IMG/VR virus record: IMGVR_UViG_3300005805_000421
Span: 1-25,996 of that record
Source of the DNA: a virus
Lineage: Duplodnaviria; Caudoviricetes
Direction: 5' to 3' (one strand)
Length of the DNA: 25,996 nucleotides
The notes under the pieces are model-generated. The model was not told the DNA's origin. It made no database searches and saw only the letters and a list, made by a program, of their open reading frames with translations. The translations under genes were made by a program, and so were the position numbers. Positions 15,265 through 23,571 of the stretch are shown in pieces. Each line of letters begins with the position of its first letter. The stretch's first letter is position 1.

Positions 15265-15463
15265 CGATCAGTCGCCTCCGGGCGCGTGGAAAAATGAGAT
15301 GGCAGCGGCCCCGTGGGGTTACGGGCAATCGCAAAGCCAGCAAGTTCATCAGGCGTTAACTGACATCCGCGCAAAGAGCTTGTGGATTCAGGCTGAGGTA
15401 TTGGAACGAGAGATCATTACGTTGAAATTAGAGTTGGAGTCAGTTAGACATGGAAGGAAATAA
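15257..15463 (+). CDS. Hypothetical protein (68 aa)
   Basis: Start at ATG 15257 after GGAGG; MIDDQSPPGAW... Confidence 0.65.
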   Translation: MIDDQSPPGAWKNEMAAAPWGYGQSQSQQVHQALTDIRAKSLWIQAEVLEREIITLKLELESVRHGRK

Positions 15464-15632
15464 AGATGCCATCAGAGAATACTTGGCGACTATCGGAAGC
15501 AGAGGTGGAAGCGCTGCTACGGGAGCAAAAAAGCGACGACCTAAGGCGCACTACCAACGCATGGCCAAACTCAGCCACGCTAAACGCAAGGCCAAGCGAT
15601 CCGGTAAATCCAAGTCACTACAAGAAGGGTGA
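15450..15632 (+). CDS. Small basic protein (KGG-like motif IGSRGG)
   Basis: GGAG SD; AIREYLATIGSRGGSAATGAKKRR...HY. Confidence 0.6.
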   Translation: MEGNKDAIREYLATIGSRGGSAATGAKKRRPKAHYQRMAKLSHAKRKAKRSGKSKSLQEG

Positions 15633-15810
15633 CATTGAGTGTATTGATGCCATCCGGTCGATGCTGACCGAGGACGAGTGGCGCGGGTTCTTGAAGGGTA
15701 CGTCGGTGGCGTACCTGTGGAGGCTGGGGCACAAGGATGCTGTGGAGCAGGATGCCCGGAAGACCCTGTGGTACGTGTCATGGCTTGCAAACCAAGATCC
15801 GAGGGGGTAG
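15466..15810 (+). CDS. DUF3310 protein (T7 gp1.7 nucleotide kinase-related); start uncertain
   Basis: DPVNPSHY, IECIDAI, GFLKG..VAYLWRLGHK..EQDARKTLWY. Confidence 0.8.
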   Translation: MPSENTWRLSEAEVEALLREQKSDDLRRTTNAWPNSATLNARPSDPVNPSHYKKGDIECIDAIRSMLTEDEWRGFLKGTSVAYLWRLGHKDAVEQDARKTLWYVSWLANQDPRG

Positions 15811-15813
15811 ACT
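15785..15813 (+). promoter_or_regulatory. Sigma70-type promoter TTGCAA-N17-TAGACT at the end of the DUF3310 gene
   Basis: -35 at 15785-15790, -10 at 15808-15813. No credible ORF downstream before the terminator. Confidence 0.65.
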
Positions 15814-15819
15814 TCAGCC

Positions 15820-15909
15820 CGTTGCTATCTCGTTGATTTTCTCCTAGAGATCGTCTCCCTGAGAGACGTTGCCCCGGAGTCGAGCGAAAGTTCCTCCGGG
15901 GATTTTTTT
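15820..15909 (+). ncRNA. Candidate ~90-nt small RNA with anti-SD / anti-start-codon modules
   Basis: Bracketed by a promoter and a terminator. Hairpins ATCTC/GAGAT (loop contains TTTTCTCCTA) and CGTCTC/GAGACG, plus the terminator stem. Segments are complementary to early-gene RBSs. Confidence 0.55.
15872..15909 (+). terminator. Rho-independent terminator
   Basis: CCCCGGAG...GAGC-GAAA-GTTC-CTCCGGGG then A-T7; faces the convergent primase stop. Confidence 0.85.
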
Positions 15910-18166
15910 ATCTAGCCCTAACCCTGTAGACCCTGCGCTCGCGCCCTGCACCGGGGTTCTTAACAACCTCTTCCAATACGTCGCCGGATTCAACGAGCGT
16001 CTGAAGGATTTCATTACGGTCGCGAGCCTTCATGCCTTGGCAAGCCTTGGCAAGCTGAGTGCCGTTCATGCCTTCTACGCCGGACTTACGAATCAGGTTG
16101 AGGATCTTCTTGTGCGCGGCTTCGATATCGTTCTCAGCTACTTCCCGGTACAGCAGGTCAGCGGTGTAGTTGAACGACCACTTTGCAAGAGCGTGGGCCA
16201 TGTTAAAGATTTCCAGCGTCAACACCGGGGCGCAAGGGTCACGAGCAATGGCTTCGATCATGCCAATCTTTAGAATGATTTCAGAGAAGCGCACCCAGAG
16301 CGCATCATCATTGCGCGACTGATAAAGTTGCCATTCCTTTGTTTTGCTGTATTCCTCAAAGGCGGCAGATTCCCAATCCACAATGATCGGCACGACGGCT
16401 GCATTCGGAATTGACGGGATGTTGGCCAAGTTACCAGCGCCGTTTGGAATCACGCTTACGGAGTCGAGCAAGTCTTTAACAATGTCTTCAGGCGGCGGGC
16501 ACATCTCCGGTAGCTGCGAGTTGGGGTACTCCTCAAAAGGAGGCACCAGCAGGATACGGCTCAAAGTGCCGTTATCAACCATGTCAAAGTTTAGCGCCGG
16601 GACCAATGTGCGTGGCGTAGTGGTGCCGAAGAAGTTGAAGTTAGGTTGCTGAATGTCGAGCCGCTGGTTTTCTTTCGGGTTGGCGTATTCCTGCCCGTGA
16701 TAAAGGCCGCTGCTACTGGAGTAGACCTCAAGCAGAGTTTTGATGATGTCGCGCTGGTGGGAGGCAGCGTTTTTGGCGGTTAGGCTTTGAAGATACAGGC
16801 CCATTTCGTCAAGGTGCGAGATACGTGACGGGTAATCAAACAGGGTGCGCAGGATAGCCACGCCCGAGCTGAAGCGGTCGCCGCAGATGACTTGGTTGAG
16901 ACCGGCCTTCATCAAGAGTTCCTTGATGCGTTGGCGGCTATGGTCCTTACCGGCACCGGGCTTAGCGACCGCAATCGCAAATAGGTTACATCGGGTGTTT
17001 ATTTGGGCCATAGCGTAGCGCCGGCCAAAGAGCGCACCGAACATGCAAAGAGCATTCATCAGCGCGAACGTGGGCTGCGGGTGCTGCGCGGTGGCATTGA
17101 TCCATCGGGTAACGCGCCCGACCAGCGAGGAGCTTTGAAACCACTCGTGTGGAAAGTTCTCGCGGGTGCTCTTGGGGTAAAACTTACGAACTTCCTTGAG
17201 CGAGCTAAGGTCTACCTCTGCTGCTCTAGATTTCTGCGGGTTGAGGCTAATGGAAAGCGGTGGAACCCAGCCCCGCTGTTGAGCGTGGAAGTAAAGCGAC
17301 CCAGCACCGATCTTAGTTGGCGGGGACTTGCTGTAATGATCCCAGCGTTGCTTGGTTTCGATCTGGTTGTATTTGCCCGAAGCGCGTGACCACTCGTCGA
17401 AAATGTGAAATCCCTTGGCCTCGGTGGCGCAGTAGATGGCCATGCCAATTCGGTTCCAATCGTCCCACGAGAGGTCTGGATTCGGGACGTAGCGCAAAGC
17501 GTCCTCAACCGCTGCCATCGTACCCACGAGGCCCTCATAAGAGCTTCTGGCGTCCTTGTCGGGGATGACGATCTGCCCCTTGGCACCGAGACCCCTTTTG
17601 CGAAGCTGCGGCGGGAGGACTTGGTATGCGGCCTCAGCAGCCTCCAGCACCTGCTCACGGGTGACAAGCGGTAACGAGTCAAGCGGGGTTTCGTGCGGGG
17701 CTGAGAACGGCCATGTATAGGGCTGGCTGGTTTCCGGGTGGATGGCATAGGCCACGAACTGCTGCCCAGCGCCGAGGATCTCAATAGGGTGCAGAGATAT
17801 CTTGCTGAAGGGTTCCAGCGTGCGATACAGATACAAGGCTTTGGGAGATTTGCCAATGCGAATGAGTTCCGTTTGCCCGAGCTTCTCTTGGAAGACCTCA
17901 CCCACGGCCACGGCGACCTGCTGGTCCAGAACGTCGATATCAATGGCAACCACGTTGCCCGTCAGGATGCCGACCCCAGTACCCGGCCACTTGGACCAGA
18001 TATCTACGTGAATCGGTTGGGTATTGATGTCAGTCCAGCGCGCAAGGTCACCCCACTTCTCGCCATCGTAGCGACCGGGGCGCTTGGTTCCCGGCATGAT
18101 CGGAATGATGCGATACCCTGCGTCGAGCAGTTTCGCGCCATATTGTTCCATGAAATTTTCAGACAT
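15908..18166 (-). CDS. Bifunctional primase-polymerase (Prim-Pol + PriCT-2 + DUF3987-like helicase domain)
   Basis: GYRIIPIMPGTKRP, VGILTGNVVAIDID, EILGAGQQFVA; PriCT-2 SWDDWNRIGMAI...FDEWSRASGKY...IGAGSL; Walker A AKPGAGKD, Walker B HLDEMG, GTLSR; C-terminal winged helix. Confidence 0.9.
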   Translation of the reverse strand: MSENFMEQYGAKLLDAGYRIIPIMPGTKRPGRYDGEKWGDLARWTDINTQPIHVDIWSKWPGTGVGILTGNVVAIDIDVLDQQVAVAVGEVFQEKLGQTELIRIGKSPKALYLYRTLEPFSKISLHPIEILGAGQQFVAYAIHPETSQPYTWPFSAPHETPLDSLPLVTREQVLEAAEAAYQVLPPQLRKRGLGAKGQIVIPDKDARSSYEGLVGTMAAVEDALRYVPNPDLSWDDWNRIGMAIYCATEAKGFHIFDEWSRASGKYNQIETKQRWDHYSKSPPTKIGAGSLYFHAQQRGWVPPLSISLNPQKSRAAEVDLSSLKEVRKFYPKSTRENFPHEWFQSSSLVGRVTRWINATAQHPQPTFALMNALCMFGALFGRRYAMAQINTRCNLFAIAVAKPGAGKDHSRQRIKELLMKAGLNQVICGDRFSSGVAILRTLFDYPSRISHLDEMGLYLQSLTAKNAASHQRDIIKTLLEVYSSSSGLYHGQEYANPKENQRLDIQQPNFNFFGTTTPRTLVPALNFDMVDNGTLSRILLVPPFEEYPNSQLPEMCPPPEDIVKDLLDSVSVIPNGAGNLANIPSIPNAAVVPIIVDWESAAFEEYSKTKEWQLYQSRNDDALWVRFSEIILKIGMIEAIARDPCAPVLTLEIFNMAHALAKWSFNYTADLLYREVAENDIEAAHKKILNLIRKSGVEGMNGTQLAKACQGMKARDRNEILQTLVESGDVLEEVVKNPGAGRERRVYRVRAR

Positions 18167-18536
18167 TTTCGACCGTGACCTCTACGCGCTCTTCGCCGTA
18201 ACTCTTCGATGCCACGAGGCACGCAACAACAGCATCATCTGAGAACACCACGCCATTGAGTCCATCAAGAATGGCTTTGACAATGTTGTCGAGATCGGGG
18301 CGCGAGATGTGGTATCCGGTTTTGCTTTTGTGTTCAAAGTACGCCGCAATCGTTACCTTCACCGGCCCTTCCAACATGTCTTTGCCGAGCATGGCGCACT
18401 GCGCGAGCGTAGCAACGGCCTGCTCGTAGTTCTTGGTTTCACGCGGCGTGTACGTGACAACGCCACCATTTTTGCTGCGACCAAAACGCGGACGGGCTTT
18501 GCCGACCGGCTTGCCGTAAATTATGATGTCAATCAT
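18159..18536 (-). CDS. rusA: RusA-family Holliday junction resolvase
   Basis: GKPVGKARPR, YTP..TKNYE, RPDLDNIVKAILDGLNGVVFSDDAVV. Confidence 0.92.
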   Translation of the reverse strand: MIDIIIYGKPVGKARPRFGRSKNGGVVTYTPRETKNYEQAVATLAQCAMLGKDMLEGPVKVTIAAYFEHKSKTGYHISRPDLDNIVKAILDGLNGVVFSDDAVVACLVASKSYGEERVEVTVENV

Positions 18537-18886
18537 TGCAACCCCGCTAACTTGTAAATCTTTGACACAATATCTGAAGGCGTATGCGACTGCCCAGAAA
18601 AGTATCGACTTAGCGTATTGCGATGTATGCCGAGTTTCTTGGCTGCGGCAGAAATCGTGTAGCCGTTTCGATAAATCTCAAAAAAAGCAAGGTCGCGATC
18701 TGACGATACTTCGCCAGAGGCTTTAACTTGACCCTTGGTTTTGCGTTCGATTACCTTTAGCCACTTAGGCGAAGGCGCTCTCGAACCCGCTACCCACCGG
18801 GATACGGCGGCACGGGTACACCCGCACATAGCAGCGAACTTTGCGTGCGTCAAGTTATTTCGATCTAGCCACTCTTGAAGAGTCAT
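18533..18886 (-). CDS. Transcriptional regulator with two tandem Cro/XRE HTH domains
   Basis: AAGGAGG SD favours ATG 18886. HTH1 THAKFAAMCGCTRAAVSRWVAGSRAP; HTH2 TISAAAKKLGIHRNTLSRYFSG. Confidence 0.85.
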   Translation of the reverse strand: MTLQEWLDRNNLTHAKFAAMCGCTRAAVSRWVAGSRAPSPKWLKVIERKTKGQVKASGEVSSDRDLAFFEIYRNGYTISAAAKKLGIHRNTLSRYFSGQSHTPSDIVSKIYKLAGLQ

Positions 18887-18908
18887 TCCAGCCTCCTTGG
18901 ACGGTGAC

Positions 18909-18950
18909 ATCTTGCCACCCCTTGCAATTCGTCACAAGTGGGTATAGCAT
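18909..18950. promoter_or_regulatory. Overlapping divergent promoters of the replication module
   Basis: Plus strand: TTGCAA(18922-27)-N17-TAGCAT(18945-50). Minus strand: TTGTGA-N17-CAAGAT. Confidence 0.6.
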
Positions 18951-18994
18951 CCTTTTCCGTAGACAAACACAAACCCTGAATGAGGACTTGAAAC

Positions 18995-19378
18995 ATGCGA
19001 ACGGAAACTGAAATTGCAGATGATCTCTTTGCCGCCAAAGCTGTCGAAAAGGAAGCCAACGAGCGGCGCGTAGCCTTGGAAGAAGAATTGATTGCGCTTG
19101 TGGGCGCTCGCGAAGAAGGCTCGCAAACTCATGCGATTGGCGATTACAAGATCACCATTACCGGCAAGCTGAACCGCAAGCTGGACTGGGAGATGTTTGA
19201 TGCGTCGATTGCGGCAAAAATCCCTGAAGCACTCCAGCCGGTGAAGATCAAGCGCGAACTTGACGACACGGGTGTGAAGTACCTCGCCAACAACGAGCCG
19301 CAAATTTACAAGTTGCTCGCCAAGGCGTTAACCATCAAACCCGCCAAGACGGCGGTTACCATCCTAAAAGGAGCTTGA
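18995..19378 (+). CDS. Conserved hypothetical protein of Sak4 recombination modules
   Basis: GAGGA SD; N-terminal coiled coil, EGSQT, KLNRKLD, TIKPAK; typical position before Sak4. Confidence 0.8.
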   Translation: MRTETEIADDLFAAKAVEKEANERRVALEEELIALVGAREEGSQTHAIGDYKITITGKLNRKLDWEMFDASIAAKIPEALQPVKIKRELDDTGVKYLANNEPQIYKLLAKALTIKPAKTAVTILKGA

Positions 19379-19383
19379 TAGCA

Positions 19384-20148
19384 ATGGCTATTTCATTAAA
19401 TAGTTTGAGAAAAACAGGGGTGGCTCGACCGCCTCGCATCGTGGTCTACGGCACTCACGGCATCGGCAAATCAACTTTTGCCGCACAGGCCGCAAACCCG
19501 GTCTTCATCCAGACCGAAGAGGGCCTCGACGCCATCAACGCCACTGCGTTCCCGTTATGTCAGTCTTTTGAAGACATCATGGATGCCATTGGCGTATTGG
19601 CGTCTGAAGAGAATGACTTTGAAACCGTGGTGATTGATAGCGCGGACTGGGCTGAGCAGTTGGTCCATAAGCGCGTTGCCAAGGACAATAATGTCGCAAC
19701 CATCGACGCCATCGGTTACGGGCGTGGGTACAAAGCTGCTGTGGATTACTGGCGGCAGATTCTGGATGGGTTGGATCACTTGCGTAATGCCAAAAACATG
19801 CAGGTGATGATGCTCGCGCACACGCAGGTCAAGCGATTCGACGATCCGCTGGCGGACCCATATGACCGCTATCAATTGGACTTGCATCACGCGAGCGCGA
19901 GTTTGATTGCGGAGTGGTGTGACATCTTGATGTTTGCCAACCAGCAGTACAGCACCGTTAAGAGCGACGTTGGCTTTAACCAGAAAGTCACTCGCGCCGT
20001 AGGTAGTGGCAATCGCGTCTTGTACACGCAAGAGCGTCCGGGCTGGCAAGCCAAGTCGCGCTGGCCGTTGCCGGATTCGTTGCCTTTGGATTATGCCAAG
20101 TTTGCTGATGCGCTTGGTACCGCTATGAACAACATCGTTGGGGAGTAA
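19384..20148 (+). CDS. Sak4-like AAA_24 ATPase / ssDNA annealing protein
   Basis: PPRIVVYGTHGIGKST (Walker A), TVVIDSADW (Walker B), GYGRGY, EWCD, AKSR; AAGGAG SD. Confidence 0.9.
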   Translation: MAISLNSLRKTGVARPPRIVVYGTHGIGKSTFAAQAANPVFIQTEEGLDAINATAFPLCQSFEDIMDAIGVLASEENDFETVVIDSADWAEQLVHKRVAKDNNVATIDAIGYGRGYKAAVDYWRQILDGLDHLRNAKNMQVMMLAHTQVKRFDDPLADPYDRYQLDLHHASASLIAEWCDILMFANQQYSTVKSDVGFNQKVTRAVGSGNRVLYTQERPGWQAKSRWPLPDSLPLDYAKFADALGTAMNNIVGE

Positions 20149-20153
20149 TTAAA

Positions 20154-20660
20154 ATGGCTAAGCTTGATTTGAACGTCTCTGATTTCCAGAACATCCAACA
20201 GACCAATACGCAGGAGATCCTGCCGGTGGGTGAGTACACCATGCAGATCATCAAGTCGGAGAAGCGGGACACCAAGTCCGGCTCCGGCTGGTATCTGGAG
20301 TTGGAGTTTGACATCCTGAGTGGCCCGTGCGCTCCGGGTCGCAAGTACTGGGACCGACTGAATCTGAAGAACGTAAATGAGCAGGCGCAGGCAATTGCCC
20401 AGCGTCAGTTCCACGCGATCTACACGGCGCTTGGGATGGACTTTCCGCCGGATGATTCTGAAGCCTTGCACTTCAAGCCGCTGCGGGTAGGCATCAAGCA
20501 CAAGGAAGGCAAGACTGGTAGCCTTGAAACGAGGGCGACCTACCTTCCTTCAAATGCTACGGCGATGGCTAGTGCTCGCGTGGCGGCGGTCCCTGCTGCA
20601 CAACCCGCTCCAAGTGCTCCGGCCTCGTCGGCTAAGCCTTGGGAACGTCACAAGAAGTAA
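20154..20660 (+). CDS. DUF669-family ssDNA-binding protein
   Basis: ILPVGEY, YLELEFDI..G...GRKYWDRLNL, Pro/Ala-rich tail ending KPW. Confidence 0.85.
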   Translation: MAKLDLNVSDFQNIQQTNTQEILPVGEYTMQIIKSEKRDTKSGSGWYLELEFDILSGPCAPGRKYWDRLNLKNVNEQAQAIAQRQFHAIYTALGMDFPPDDSEALHFKPLRVGIKHKEGKTGSLETRATYLPSNATAMASARVAAVPAAQPAPSAPASSAKPWERHKK

Positions 20661-20665
20661 CATAA

Positions 20666-20742
20666 GGGCGCGGCATTCGGGAGAGCAAGTTAACAACCCC
20701 CGCTTTTTGCTCCCCCGCGTGTCGCGCCCCCTCTTGGAGGGG
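20666..20742 (+). other. Long intergenic RNA hairpin plus an SD-sequestering hairpin
   Basis: GGGCGCGGCA/TGTCGCGCCC and CGGGAGAGCAA/TTGCTCCCCCG stems; then CCCCTC-TTG-GAGGGG covering the exonuclease SD. Confidence 0.6.
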
Positions 20743-20744
20743 CT

Positions 20745-21698
20745 ATGGTCAAGATTCCACAGTTTGAAGATCCTACATTGCGTGCATTAGATGCCGTGAT
20801 GGAGTCCCAGCAAGAAACCCGAGTTAGAAATTACTTGGGCGCTTCTGCTATTGGCGACGGTTGCGAGCGTAAGCTCTGGCTTAGTTTCCGCTGGGTGAAG
20901 CGTGGCTTTATCGAAGCCGCGGGGCTACGTAGAATCAACGATGGGCACCGGGGCGAACAGGTCGTTGCAGCCCTGCTGAAGGAAATTCCTTCGGTCGATC
21001 TTTCCACGGAAAAAGAACCCGGTGTCCAGCACTCTTTTGAAGCGATTGGCGGTCACTTTCGCGGTAACTGCGACGGGCTTATGACTGGGCTTTTGCAAGA
21101 TCCCGAGACGCTATATGTCTGGGAGTGCAAGGTCATCAACGAAACCAAGTACAAGAAGCTCATATCCCTCAAGGCGTCGAAGGGGGAGGGTGAGGCGCTC
21201 AAGCACTGGGACTACATCTATTACGCGCAGGCCCAGATTTACATGCACTTCTTTGAGGCTACGAAGCATTACTTGACGGCAGCAAGCCCCGGTGTGCGCG
21301 ACATTACAAGCGTCGTTACCGAATACAATCAAGATGAAGCAGAAAAGTTTATTGAGAAAGCAAGGCGCATCATTTTTTCGCCAAGACCGTTTTTAAAGAT
21401 TTCAAACGATGCCGCGTGGCATGAGTGTAAGTACTGCACTTTCCATAGCATGTGCCACGAGCAAGACATGCCGCGCCAGAAATCGTGCAGGACCTGCTTG
21501 CATAGCTCGCCGCTCAAGACGGGTGGTTGGAAATGCGAGTGGCATAACAAAGACTTAGATACAGATGCCCAAATCAAGGGCTGCGAACATCATCTTTTTG
21601 TGCCCGACATCATCCCCGGAGAACAGATAGACTCTGGGCCAAACTGGATTCAGTACTTGATGAAGGACGGCACAGCATGGACAGACATGGCGAAATAG
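20745..21698 (+). CDS. Cas4-like PD-(D/E)xK exonuclease
   Basis: YLGASAIG..CERKLW, GNCDG, WECK, AQAQIYM, CKYC...C plus CRTC...C...C. Confidence 0.88.
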   Translation: MVKIPQFEDPTLRALDAVMESQQETRVRNYLGASAIGDGCERKLWLSFRWVKRGFIEAAGLRRINDGHRGEQVVAALLKEIPSVDLSTEKEPGVQHSFEAIGGHFRGNCDGLMTGLLQDPETLYVWECKVINETKYKKLISLKASKGEGEALKHWDYIYYAQAQIYMHFFEATKHYLTAASPGVRDITSVVTEYNQDEAEKFIEKARRIIFSPRPFLKISNDAAWHECKYCTFHSMCHEQDMPRQKSCRTCLHSSPLKTGGWKCEWHNKDLDTDAQIKGCEHHLFVPDIIPGEQIDSGPNWIQYLMKDGTAWTDMAK

Positions 21699-21895
21699 AT
21701 GATGAAGAAATTAACGAAGATGATGTAGAAGCCACCTTTTACGTCACAAGCGATGACTTGTATATTGTGATGAAAGCTTTGGATGTTTACGCCTACGCAC
21801 TCATCATTTCACAGTCACAAGCTGAGTTTGAAATCGTTAAAAAACTTGCAAACAAAATAATCAAAAGCATGCCAACTGCGGAGTTAGATTCGTGA
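21677..21895 (+). CDS. Hypothetical acidic protein
   Basis: AAGGA SD; GTGA overlap with the helicase. Confidence 0.65.
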   Translation: MDRHGEIDDEEINEDDVEATFYVTSDDLYIVMKALDVYAYALIISQSQAEFEIVKKLANKIIKSMPTAELDS

Positions 21896-23571
21896 TTCAA
21901 TTAAGACCGTACCAGAGCGAAGCCATTGACGCTACGCTGCGCTACTTCAAAGAGCACGATGGGAACCCATTGATTGTGCTGCCCACAGGGACAGGCAAGA
22001 GCGTTGTGATTGCGGAGTTTTGCCGGCAAGTGCTCGGCAGCTGGCCAGATACCAAGATTCTGGTCATTACGCATGTGCGCGAGCTGATCCGTCAGAACCA
22101 CGATGAGCTAAAAACACTTTGGCCCGAAGCCCCGGCGGGCATCAACTCTGCGGGCCTCAAGCGGCGCGAGTACGACCCGTCAATTGTATTCTGTGGGATA
22201 CAGTCGGTGCACAACAAAGCCTCGCAGTTTACGAAGGTCGATTTGGTTTTGATTGATGAGTGCCATTTGTGCCCGCGCAAAGCCAACACGATGTACCAGC
22301 GGTTTTTAAAGAACCTTAAAACCATGAACCCGCATGTGCGTGTGATTGGGCTGACGGCAACGCCGTACCGGCTGGACTCTGGGGTGCTGCACTCTGGAGA
22401 CGATGCTCTGTTTGATGCGATTGCTTACGAAGCCGAGTTGAAAGACATGGTGGAGGCCGGCTATTTAACCAAGTTGGTATCCAAGCAACCCAAGACGCGC
22501 CTTGATGTGACCGGCGTTGGCACCCGAGGGGGCGAGTTCATTCCGGGGGAGCTGGAGCGGGCGGTAGATAAGCTCGACGTAAACGAAGCCGTAGTGCAGG
22601 AAATCATCGCTTATGGCGAGAACCGGCAGTCATGGCTGATCTTCTGCGCGGGCGTGAGCCATGCCACCCACATTGCCGAGCTGATCCGTAGTCATGGGAT
22701 TGACTGCGCTACCATCTTCGGGGATACCCCTGACGCCGAACGTGACCAGATTGTGGCGGACTTTAAGGCTAGGAAGATCCGCGCCATAGCCTCTATGGGT
22801 GTCCTGACCACGGGCTTTAACGCGCCAGCGGTGGATATGCTCGCGTTGTTACGGCCCACACAGTCAACCGGCTTGTATATACAAATCATGGGCCGGGGCA
22901 TGCGGAACTTTACGGATAAGCCTGATTGCCTCGTATTGGACTTTGCAGGCAACATTGCTCGGCATGGCCCGGTGGATAGGGTCAACCCCAAGAAGCCCCG
23001 TAAATCGACCGGAGAGGGCGTAGCGCCGACCAAGGACTGCCCCAAGTGCCAGAGCATTGTCTTTGCCGGCTGCGCTGAATGCCCCGATTGTGGCTACGTA
23101 TGGCCACCGAAAGAGCCGGAGATTGAGCACACAGCGACCACGCTGCCGGTAATGAGCGCGGAGGCTCCGAGCCAGTGGATTCCGGTCAACAGTGTTGCGT
23201 ACAGACAACATGTCAAGCCGGGTAGCCCGAACAGTATGCGAGTGGAGTACCGCTCAGGGCTGGCGGTGTACCGTGAATGGGTCTGCTTTGACCACAAGGG
23301 CTACGCGAAAGATAAGGCCCTTAAATGGTGGCGTCGGCGCATGAACGCCCCCGGTATCTTGCCCAATACGACAGCGGAAGCCCTTGGTAAAGCAGATGCC
23401 TTAATCAAGCCTACGGAGATTCGGGTTCGCAAAAATGGCAAGTACACGGAGATTGTCGAGTTTCGGTTTATGTCCGATGTGCTCGCGGGAGGCTCGGGGG
23501 TTTTTGTATATCCCTCCGCCGGGGGCGACTCGACCTCAAGCGCGGTTTTGCTCAATGCCATGCATGGATGA
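21892..23571 (+). CDS. SF2 DEAD/DEAH-like helicase (RadD/YejH-like) with Zn finger
   Basis: LRPYQ, PTGTGKS, IDECH, GLTATP, LTTGFNAP, QIMGRGMR, CPKC..CPDC. Confidence 0.93.
   Translation: MIQLRPYQSEAIDATLRYFKEHDGNPLIVLPTGTGKSVVIAEFCRQVLGSWPDTKILVITHVRELIRQNHDELKTLWPEAPAGINSAGLKRREYDPSIVFCGIQSVHNKASQFTKVDLVLIDECHLCPRKANTMYQRFLKNLKTMNPHVRVIGLTATPYRLDSGVLHSGDDALFDAIAYEAELKDMVEAGYLTKLVSKQPKTRLDVTGVGTRGGEFIPGELERAVDKLDVNEAVVQEIIAYGENRQSWLIFCAGVSHATHIAELIRSHGIDCATIFGDTPDAERDQIVADFKARKIRAIASMGVLTTGFNAPAVDMLALLRPTQSTGLYIQIMGRGMRNFTDKPDCLVLDFAGNIARHGPVDRVNPKKPRKSTGEGVAPTKDCPKCQSIVFAGCAECPDCGYVWPPKEPEIEHTATTLPVMSAEAPSQWIPVNSVAYRQHVKPGSPNSMRVEYRSGLAVYREWVCFDHKGYAKDKALKWWRRRMNAPGILPNTTAEALGKADALIKPTEIRVRKNGKYTEIVEFRFMSDVLAGGSGVFVYPSAGGDSTSSAVLLNAMHG

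Noticed and set aside
12559-15810. Firm call of a DNA hypermodification pathway
   Set aside because: No thymidylate-synthase-like hydroxymethylase, TET/JBP or own DNA polymerase in the window. Kept only as an alternative hypothesis.
15869-16273. Plus-strand 134-aa ORF as the product of the 15785 promoter
   Set aside because: Its TTG start abuts the terminator stem, it lacks a good SD, and it is antisense to the primase.
17212-17949. 245-aa alternative-frame ORF inside the primase gene
   Set aside because: Ser/Arg/Pro-rich off-frame translation typical of GC-rich coding DNA; no motifs.
20745-21698. Cas4-like gene as evidence of a CRISPR-Cas system
   Set aside because: No repeat-spacer array or other cas genes; it sits in a standard Sak4-SSB-exonuclease-helicase module.
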